A DNA stretch of 64,000 nucleotides, from positions 4,457 through 68,456 of the forward strand of contig JADGAR010000018.1 of assembly GCA_015231915.1 (NCBI GenBank), read 5' to 3'. The notes under the pieces were generated by a model that saw only the letters and a list, made by a program, of their open reading frames with translations, was not told the DNA's origin and did no database searches. The translations under genes were made by a program, and so were the position numbers. This document shows positions 43,121 through 49,979 of the stretch, one piece after another. Positions within the stretch are counted from its first letter, which is position 1, and the number at the start of each line of letters is the position of its first letter. Source of the DNA: Magnetococcales bacterium. Its GTDB lineage: Bacteria > Pseudomonadota > Magnetococcia > Magnetococcales > Magnetaquicoccaceae.

Positions 43121-45364
43121 TTACCTCCTGTTCATGACCAGAGTGTCCTGATCCAGTATGCATTGGACATACAAGCCCGTGGCGCTGGCCTCGGTGTCGA
43201 ACTCCTGCCCCACCACCCAGATTTGGGTGATTTTGTCGCTGATTCGCAGCAGGGCGTCAAGGGATTCCCGGAAGCGCTGGCGATCGTAGTAGGCGAAGGG
43301 TTCGTCCAGGGCGATGGCATGCAGGCCGCCGCAACGCAGGGCCAAAGCTTGCGCCAGGGCCATGCGGATGGCCAGGTTCAATTGCCGGCGCACCCCGGTG
43401 GAGACCTCCTCCATGCGGACGAAGTCGTTTTTGGCCTCGGAAAAGACCGAAACATCGAGGTCATCGTCCAGGCGCAAATGCCGATAGCGTCCCTGGGTGA
43501 AGAGCGGTGCGGTGGAGGCGATGAAACGGTGCAGCTCCTGGTTGAAGTGGGCGGAAAGTCCCACACACGCCCCTTTCAGCAGTTCGCGACCGATCCGGCG
43601 CACGGCGATGGCGTGTTCTGCGGCGTGGTTTTCGGTTGCCATGATCCTGACCGCCTCGGCCAGGCGGGCATGTTCGCGGCGTCGTTCCTTTTCGTCGCGC
43701 AGCGCCTGTTCCAGGTTGAGGACCGTCTGTTCGTGGGTCGCGATTTCCGCGCGGGTGGCGGCAAGCTGCTCTTGCGCCTCTTCGCGGCAGTGGACGATTT
43801 CGGTCTGAAAGCCCTTGACCCGCTTGTCCAGGCCGGCCAGATATTGGCGCAAGGCGTCGGCGGTCAGCAGGGGCCTGCCCTCTGCCTGGGTCCAGGCGTG
43901 CAGGTCGGCGAGCCAGGGGGCGTTCTCCATGGCGGCCAGGATTTGCACCTGGCGTTCCAGGGGCTGGGTCAGGGCCTCGTTGATGGCCGCCACCCGTTCC
44001 CGGGCCAGCCGGATGCGCTGCTGCAAGGTTTCCCGATCCGTCATGACCTGCCGGATCCGTCCCTTTTTGCGCCAGCGGCCTCCCAGGTTCCACAGGGTCA
44101 GCAGCGTGGCCAGAATGGCCGTGGGCATCAGCAGCAGGGTCCGGGAGTTCTCCCAGTTGGGGATGTGTCGGGCGAGGAGTTCCACCAGACGGGGGGCGAA
44201 CTCCGGGTTTTGCTGGCTGTGCAAGGCCACCCACGTTCCGGCTCCGGCGATGAGCGCCACCAGCAGAAACAGGATCACCCCGAAGCCTTGACGGGCGCGT
44301 GCACGAATGAGCAGGCGCAGCGTCTGTTCCAGGCGGGCGTTTTCCGCATTGCTGCTCTCCGGGTTGGTGCGATTGACCGGGCCTTCCAGCCAGCCCGTCA
44401 GGCGGTTGTGTTCTTCCTGTGCGCTTTCCTGGATCCGTGCCAGATCCGACAGGCGTCCCTGCAACTGGTGCTGCCACTCCCGCAAGGGCGCGGCGGGGGA
44501 GCTGTCCATTTCCACCTGCCCCCCCAGACAGACGCTTTCCAACTCGGCCAGGGCGGTGTCCAGCTGGCCTGCCCGGCTCTGCCAGCCGGGCAGGCCGGTC
44601 TCCGGGGTGGTGTTGGCCAGGCGCTGGCAGGCCGTGGCAATGTTTCTGGAGGATTGCAGCAGGGCGGCATCGAATCCTTCCCAGCGTTGTGCGATGGAGG
44701 TGGTGGCCTCCACCTGGTCATGGGCTTCTTGCAACCCTGTTTCCAGTTCGCCCAGGGCCTCCTCGCGCAGGGCGAGGGCGTGAATTTTTTCCTGGGTTTC
44801 GGTCAGGCGTTGCAGGCGGGCATCGATCGCCTCTTCCTCGGCGTGGATTTCGTTGGCCAACTCCCTGCTCAGGTTTTCCAGGGTGGCCACCCCGGCCAGT
44901 TCCTTGACCGTATCCTGGGGCCGGGGATGGGAATGGCGCCCCAGGGTCAGGTAGAGGGCATCGGTGTATTGCCCATAATCGAAGCCGATCACCCGGATCA
45001 TGGCCTCGTTCACCGCCTCCACCCCCTGGGCCAGGGGGTGCTCCTGGTCCTGGCGGGTCAGGCGCGCGCGCTGCACCCCGTCCGCGTCGAAGTAGCGGAA
45101 CAGGGAGTATTCCCCCAGGTCGCTGCCCTGAAAATCCATGGTGACCGAGGCGTTGTCGGCCCCCCAGCGCACCGCCTTGGCCACGGTGGCGTGGGTGAGA
45201 TTGGAGGTGCGACCGAACAAGGCGAGCGCGATGGTCTCCAGGATGGCCGATTTGCCGGACTCGTTGGAGCCGGCGATGAGAATCCGCCCCCGCGCCGGCA
45301 GGCCGTTCAGATCGAGTTTTTTGTACTTGAAGAGATTTTCCGAGCACAGACGCCGAATGATCAT
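43121..45364 (-). CDS. SMC/Rad50-like (YhaN/SbcC-type) ABC ATPase with central transmembrane hairpin
   Basis: N-terminal Walker A GSNESGKS; C-terminal VSTG and LDEPF; long coiled coils either side of two hydrophobic helices at about 44085-44290. Confidence 0.82.
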   Translation of the reverse strand: MIIRRLCSENLFKYKKLDLNGLPARGRILIAGSNESGKSAILETIALALFGRTSNLTHATVAKAVRWGADNASVTMDFQGSDLGEYSLFRYFDADGVQRARLTRQDQEHPLAQGVEAVNEAMIRVIGFDYGQYTDALYLTLGRHSHPRPQDTVKELAGVATLENLSRELANEIHAEEEAIDARLQRLTETQEKIHALALREEALGELETGLQEAHDQVEATTSIAQRWEGFDAALLQSSRNIATACQRLANTTPETGLPGWQSRAGQLDTALAELESVCLGGQVEMDSSPAAPLREWQHQLQGRLSDLARIQESAQEEHNRLTGWLEGPVNRTNPESSNAENARLEQTLRLLIRARARQGFGVILFLLVALIAGAGTWVALHSQQNPEFAPRLVELLARHIPNWENSRTLLLMPTAILATLLTLWNLGGRWRKKGRIRQVMTDRETLQQRIRLARERVAAINEALTQPLERQVQILAAMENAPWLADLHAWTQAEGRPLLTADALRQYLAGLDKRVKGFQTEIVHCREEAQEQLAATRAEIATHEQTVLNLEQALRDEKERRREHARLAEAVRIMATENHAAEHAIAVRRIGRELLKGACVGLSAHFNQELHRFIASTAPLFTQGRYRHLRLDDDLDVSVFSEAKNDFVRMEEVSTGVRRQLNLAIRMALAQALALRCGGLHAIALDEPFAYYDRQRFRESLDALLRISDKITQIWVVGQEFDTEASATGLYVQCILDQDTLVMNRR

Positions 45365-45564
45365 GCCACGTTCTCCTGTGCCGGCGGACGGGCGCGCAAA
45401 CGGCTTTGGACCAGCTCCATGGCTTCCTGGTGCAAGGGGGCGTCGAATGCGGGATCGGTCTGTTGTCGGCGGGCGATCTCTTCCGCGCTGAAGGTGGCGA
45501 ATACCTGAACGGGATCCTGGATGCGGAACTGGGCGTGGCTTGCGGACGACTCTTGCGAACTCAT
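45361..45564 (-). CDS. Small hypothetical protein, 67 aa
   Basis: GAGGT RBS 6 nt before ATG; ATGA overlap with the SMC-like gene. Confidence 0.6.
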   Translation of the reverse strand: MSSQESSASHAQFRIQDPVQVFATFSAEEIARRQQTDPAFDAPLHQEAMELVQSRLRARPPAQENVA

Positions 45565-45725
45565 CGATGCACCTCGTGGCCAAGCGATTTTTGGGAAGGG
45601 GTGACGGCACTATAAACCTTTCCTGGCGGCGGGTAAACCCATGATCCATTATCGGAATGGAAGAAGGCAGGCCGCTCCTGCCGCTGGCTTGTGATATTTT
45701 TTTCTATACCTTGTTTCTCGTACCC

Positions 45726-45755
45726 TTGACAACATCGTATGCCAATTGGTAGCTT
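45726..45755 (+). promoter_or_regulatory. Sigma70 promoter candidate for the metallophosphoesterase
   Basis: TTGACA-N18-TAGCTT with extended -10 TG. Confidence 0.55.
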
Positions 45756-45801
45756 TACGTTTCATGATTGTCTCGTCATGCCATAATTATGGAGGATAAC
45801 A

Positions 45802-47346
45802 ATGCAAAGATTGATGCCTGTTGCAGGATTGATGATTTTTATGACGGTTTTTGGAATGGTGCAGCCGGTCTGGGCCGGGGATTTGCTGGCTTATGTGGTT
45901 CTGGGCGAAAAGGGGGCGACCTTGACCGGAGAGACGGTCCCGGTGGCGCGGGTGGTGCTGGAACCCGCCCAGGATGCGGCGTGCGCCACCATGACCATGA
46001 CCAATGGCCAGGGCAGCCCGATCCAACTGGTCTTGCGGCCCAACCCCAATCCCACGGAGATGCCCGTCACCGTCTGCGAGGCGGCACTGCCCTTCGCCGC
46101 CAACCATCAGGCCAGGGGGGAGACATGGACCGTGACCGACGGCAAGAGCGGCAAGCAATACAAGGTGCAGTTGCCCAGCGTGGGCCGCTCTCCGGAGGTG
46201 GCGGTGATTCTGGGTGACAGCGGTTGCCGGGGCAACAAGGCACAACCCTGCACCGACAAGGATTGGCCCCTGCCGACCGTGATGGCAAAGCAGATGGGGG
46301 CGTATCTGGCCAAGGAGAACAAGCCCGCAGTGATCCTCCATGTGGGGGATTTCAAGTATCGGGGCAAGCAGGACGACAGCGGCAAGCCGCAAAAATGGAG
46401 CAACTGGAAGGCGGATTTCTTCACCCCCATGTCCGGGAGCGAGAATGTATTCGCCATGGCCCCGCTGGTGGTGGCCCGGGGCAACCACGAGCTGTGCAAG
46501 AGCATGGGCAACAACGGAGACGGCTGGTACTTCCTGCTCGATCCCACCTCCAGGGTGGCGGGCAATACGGAGCAGCAGGTCAAGGACCATTCGTGCCAGG
46601 GGGTGGCGGACGGGATGACCCGGCCCTATCGTCTCGATTTCGCCAACGACTGGAGCGTGGTGGTGCTGGATACCGCCTCACTGAACGAGACCACAACCAT
46701 CTGCGACACGGACAAGGAGATTCTGGCCGGGTGGTACAAGGAGATCGGCAAGAGTTTTTCCAGTGGCAAACGCAAGGCCTGGCTGGTGACCCACAAGCCG
46801 ACCTGGGCGGTCTTGGGCAAATGCGACAAATTCGATTTCAGCAATCCCACGCCCCAGGCCGCCCTGGAGGGTTTGCCGCATAACACCCTGCCGGAGAACA
46901 TCAAACTGGCCCTGGTGGGTCACAAGCATCTGTACGCCAGCATGGATGTCAATCCAGAGGATGAGAAAAGCCGCATGCTGGAACTGGTGGCCGGCAACGG
47001 CGGGGTGGTGTTGAACACCAAGGCCCTGAGCGGCTGCCTGAAGACCGGCAAGAAAACCGCCATCAACGCCCACGGCATGAGCCGTTTCGGCTTCGTGGCA
47101 GGCCGGCTGAACGGCGGCAAGAGCGTGGACGGCTGGAAGCTGGAGGTGATGGCCTTCAAGAACGTCGCGGGGGGTGGCGACTGGGGGGGTCTGGTCACCG
47201 CCGAGAAGTGCGAGTTTCCGGCCAAGAGCGGCAAGCCGGCGTGCGAGATCAAGGCCGCCGACCTGTTCGCCAAGAGCTGTTCCTCCTGCGAAAAGGCGGA
47301 CGGCAAACCGGGCCACGCCTGCGCCGCAGAGGATGGGGACGAATAA
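45802..47346 (+). CDS. Secreted metallophosphoesterase, purple-acid-phosphatase-like
   Basis: Signal peptide ending VWA; motifs GDSG, GDFKY, GNHE, LVTH, GHKH; many Cys. Confidence 0.85.
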   Translation: MQRLMPVAGLMIFMTVFGMVQPVWAGDLLAYVVLGEKGATLTGETVPVARVVLEPAQDAACATMTMTNGQGSPIQLVLRPNPNPTEMPVTVCEAALPFAANHQARGETWTVTDGKSGKQYKVQLPSVGRSPEVAVILGDSGCRGNKAQPCTDKDWPLPTVMAKQMGAYLAKENKPAVILHVGDFKYRGKQDDSGKPQKWSNWKADFFTPMSGSENVFAMAPLVVARGNHELCKSMGNNGDGWYFLLDPTSRVAGNTEQQVKDHSCQGVADGMTRPYRLDFANDWSVVVLDTASLNETTTICDTDKEILAGWYKEIGKSFSSGKRKAWLVTHKPTWAVLGKCDKFDFSNPTPQAALEGLPHNTLPENIKLALVGHKHLYASMDVNPEDEKSRMLELVAGNGGVVLNTKALSGCLKTGKKTAINAHGMSRFGFVAGRLNGGKSVDGWKLEVMAFKNVAGGGDWGGLVTAEKCEFPAKSGKPACEIKAADLFAKSCSSCEKADGKPGHACAAEDGDE

Positions 47347-47347
47347 G

Positions 47348-48460
47348 TCAGGGCGCGATCCTGACCGGCAAAAACCCGTTGCCCGGCAAGCGAAAATTGG
47401 TCACCTGGCCCTGATAGACCCGCGCGGCCACGCCGAGGGGACGGTCCCGGTAGCAGTAAAGGCGGATATCCGTTTTGAGGGTCGTCTCGCCGACACGGGT
47501 CAGGGAGGGGGGGATGAACTGCTGCACCAGCGTGGTGGCAGGATCGAGTTCGTGGAAACGGACGCGGCTGATCTTGTTGCCCAACAATACCCCCTTGCTG
47601 CCAAAGCCGACGCTCGGCTTGAACACCGATTGATTGCGCTCACGCCACGCCTGGTCCAGGCTCAACGTCGCCAGCAGCCGGGTTCTGGGGACGTGCCGGG
47701 TCAGGAAGGCGATTGCCGGGGCGCTCAGGCCCAGGCTCCTCAGCGCCTCGGCATCGGACCAGAGGATCATGCGCCGCTTGTCGGCCAGCAATCCGTACTG
47801 GCGCGGATTGGGGGAGAGACAGACCCGCCGGTTGCGCCAGGCGGCGGCCAGCCCGGCCAGCGGTGCCGACTCCAGATAGAAATCGCAGTGCCGGTTGTAA
47901 ATCATCTCCACCCGCCTGGATTGCCAAAAGACCCCGCTTTCGTTCATGGTCAAAGCGGCAGGATCGGCGATGACGGTCTCGCAGCCCCAGGCGGTCAGCA
48001 GGGCGGCGAAGGCGCGCATCTCCGGATAGAGAAACTGCTCTTCCGGGGCCTCGTCCAGGATCACCAGCAGGCCGGGTTTGGTGACACGGCCCCCGCTGAA
48101 CAGCGCCATCTCCTCGCCAAAAGTGGCCAACAGTTCCCGTTGATGACGTTGGTCGGGGTCGAAGCTCCCTTGCGGAAACTCCGGGCCGGGGGGAAAGGCG
48201 GGCCGCAGGGCGCGATAGGCCATCAATCCGCCGCCGGCGTTGGTGTTGACCTCGATCAGCCTGGGACCGTCCGGGGTGAGATGGAAATCATACCCCATCA
48301 TGACCGCCTCGTTGCCGGGATCGGTCAGGAAGCTGGCAGGGGTTCCGGCACGGATGGCCTCCTGCCAGGCTGCGGTGCGCGTCAGTCCCCGCAAGGCACG
48401 CGCCAGGTGGATCATCGCCCGCACTGCCCCGGGGGAAACCGTTACGAACGGGTCAGACAT
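47348..48460 (-). CDS. Uncharacterised ATP-grasp-like ligase (glutathionylspermidine synthase / circularly permuted type)
   Basis: GYDFHL...PRLIEVNTNAGG; IYNR; VFKP..GFGSKG; VQQFIPP; DIRLY; AARVY; start MSDPF. Confidence 0.7.
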   Translation of the reverse strand: MSDPFVTVSPGAVRAMIHLARALRGLTRTAAWQEAIRAGTPASFLTDPGNEAVMMGYDFHLTPDGPRLIEVNTNAGGGLMAYRALRPAFPPGPEFPQGSFDPDQRHQRELLATFGEEMALFSGGRVTKPGLLVILDEAPEEQFLYPEMRAFAALLTAWGCETVIADPAALTMNESGVFWQSRRVEMIYNRHCDFYLESAPLAGLAAAWRNRRVCLSPNPRQYGLLADKRRMILWSDAEALRSLGLSAPAIAFLTRHVPRTRLLATLSLDQAWRERNQSVFKPSVGFGSKGVLLGNKISRVRFHELDPATTLVQQFIPPSLTRVGETTLKTDIRLYCYRDRPLGVAARVYQGQVTNFRLPGNGFLPVRIAP

Positions 48461-49604
48461 GGGCTGGCTCCCGATGGACGAAGAGAAGGGCGGAGCGATG
48501 GGAGGCCGCCACGCCTGCCAGGGCGGCCAGTGCCATGACGCCGAACAGGATCTGGGAACCCCTGCTGTCGAAGAGCACCCCGGAGACCGCCATCCCCAGG
48601 CCGCCACCCGCGCCGTAGGAGAGGCCGGAAAGCCACCCCTGCGCCGCGCCCCGGCCATTGACCGGGGCCATGTCGTAGACCCGGCGCACCGCAGCGATGT
48701 GGAAGGCACCGAAGGTGAAGGCATGCAGCAACTGGCCGGCCAAAAGCAAACCGACCTGCAGCGTGCTGGCGTAGAGGGTCCAGCGCACCACGGCCATCAG
48801 CAAAGAAAAGGTCAGAAGGCGCGAGATCCCGAAGCGGTCCAGCAGGCTCTGGGAGCGGTGCATCAATCCCACCTCGGCCACCACCCCCACCGCCCACAAC
48901 AGGCCGATGGCGGTGCGGGAGAAATCGTGCTGTTGCAGATGCAGGGACATGAACCCATAATAGGCCCCGTGGGAGAATTGCATCAAAAACGCGCTGAAAT
49001 AAAACCAGCGCACCTCGGGCCGGTCGAAGATGGCCGGGGCCGGGCCGGTCCAAGGGTGGACCTCCAGCCGGGGCAGTCGCATGGCAAAGAGGAAACCGGT
49101 CAGCAGCAGCACGGCGATGACAAAAGGGACGATACCGATGCCCCAGGCATCGGTCATGGGTCCGGCCATCAGGGTGAGCACAACGAATCCCCATGACCCC
49201 CAGAGCCGGATGCGGCCATAATCCCAACGCCTGCGCACGCACAGCTCCATGGCCAAAGAGTCGGTGAGGGACAAGGGCGCGGCGTGAAAGAGGCTGTACA
49301 AAACCGTGGCCAGCGCCAGCCACAGGAGTCCATGGTCGAGGAAGAACAGGCAGAAGGCGAGCAGGGTGGCCAGGCAGGTGTAAAGGATGACCGTGTGCCG
49401 CCCGGCGCCCCGGTCGGCCACCCGACCCCACAGGGGCGGGGCCGGGATCTTGATCCACTGGGCGAGCGCGGTCAGAATGCCGATGGTTTCGGCGCTGTGG
49501 CCCAGATGGGAGAGGTAGAGCGGCCAAAAGGGGAGCCATACGCCGAGCACCGCGAAATAGCAGGCGTAGAAACCGGCCAGTGGCCAACGGGAGTCAGTGG
49601 CCAA
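48453..49604 (-). CDS. MFS transporter (MFS_1_like / HcaT-type)
   Basis: 12 TM pattern; YG.IRLWGSWGF; LHAFTFGAFH; TTG start. Confidence 0.9.
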   Translation of the reverse strand: MATDSRWPLAGFYACYFAVLGVWLPFWPLYLSHLGHSAETIGILTALAQWIKIPAPPLWGRVADRGAGRHTVILYTCLATLLAFCLFFLDHGLLWLALATVLYSLFHAAPLSLTDSLAMELCVRRRWDYGRIRLWGSWGFVVLTLMAGPMTDAWGIGIVPFVIAVLLLTGFLFAMRLPRLEVHPWTGPAPAIFDRPEVRWFYFSAFLMQFSHGAYYGFMSLHLQQHDFSRTAIGLLWAVGVVAEVGLMHRSQSLLDRFGISRLLTFSLLMAVVRWTLYASTLQVGLLLAGQLLHAFTFGAFHIAAVRRVYDMAPVNGRGAAQGWLSGLSYGAGGGLGMAVSGVLFDSRGSQILFGVMALAALAGVAASHRSALLFVHREPAHV

Positions 49605-49608
49605 CGGG
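49578..49608. repeat. 14-bp direct repeat with 17-nt period at the MFS start
   Basis: CAGTGGCCAACGGG at 49578 and 49595. Confidence 0.9.
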
Positions 49609-49610
49609 GT

Positions 49611-49979
49611 TCAGAACCGGAACAGCACCCATTGCGGGACCATGAGCTTGGGTTCGTAGCCGTTGATCCTGGTCTCGAACAGGCCATCGCCGTCGTTGTC
49701 GATGAGATAATACGGCGGGCCGCTGTAGGGGATGACCTGGATCTGGAAGACGGCGCCGTTGACAGCGCTTTCCCGCACCTGGTTGCCCTGGGCGTCCTCG
49801 TATTTGCGGATCACGGTTTCGGGTCCGTCGGGTTCGGCCTTTTCCCGCAGTTCCGACACCAAAGGCCCCTTGGCGGGCGGGGCGTGATCCTCCCTGGCCA
49901 GGGATGGGGAGGCCGCCACAAGCAAGAGCAGCCCGGCCAGCAACGTTCCGGTATTAAGAGAGGGTTTTTTGAATAGCAT
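49611..49979 (-). CDS. DUF2782-type secreted protein
   Basis: Signal peptide; PETVIR...VRE..VNG....I.V.P..GPPYYLID.DGDG; PQWVLFRF; divergent from polA. Confidence 0.8.
   Translation of the reverse strand: MLFKKPSLNTGTLLAGLLLLVAASPSLAREDHAPPAKGPLVSELREKAEPDGPETVIRKYEDAQGNQVRESAVNGAVFQIQVIPYSGPPYYLIDNDGDGLFETRINGYEPKLMVPQWVLFRF

Noticed and set aside
45565-45800. Pho box upstream of the phosphatase or pstS operon
   Set aside because: No 11-bp-spaced CTGTCAT-like direct repeats found by eye
45802-47346. Metallophosphoesterase as the Mre11/SbcD partner of the SMC-like ATPase
   Set aside because: It has a signal peptide, many Cys, a DxG rather than DxH motif I, and is divergently transcribed
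47270-47346. C-terminal CSSC as a heme c site
   Set aside because: It reads CSSCE, not CxxCH
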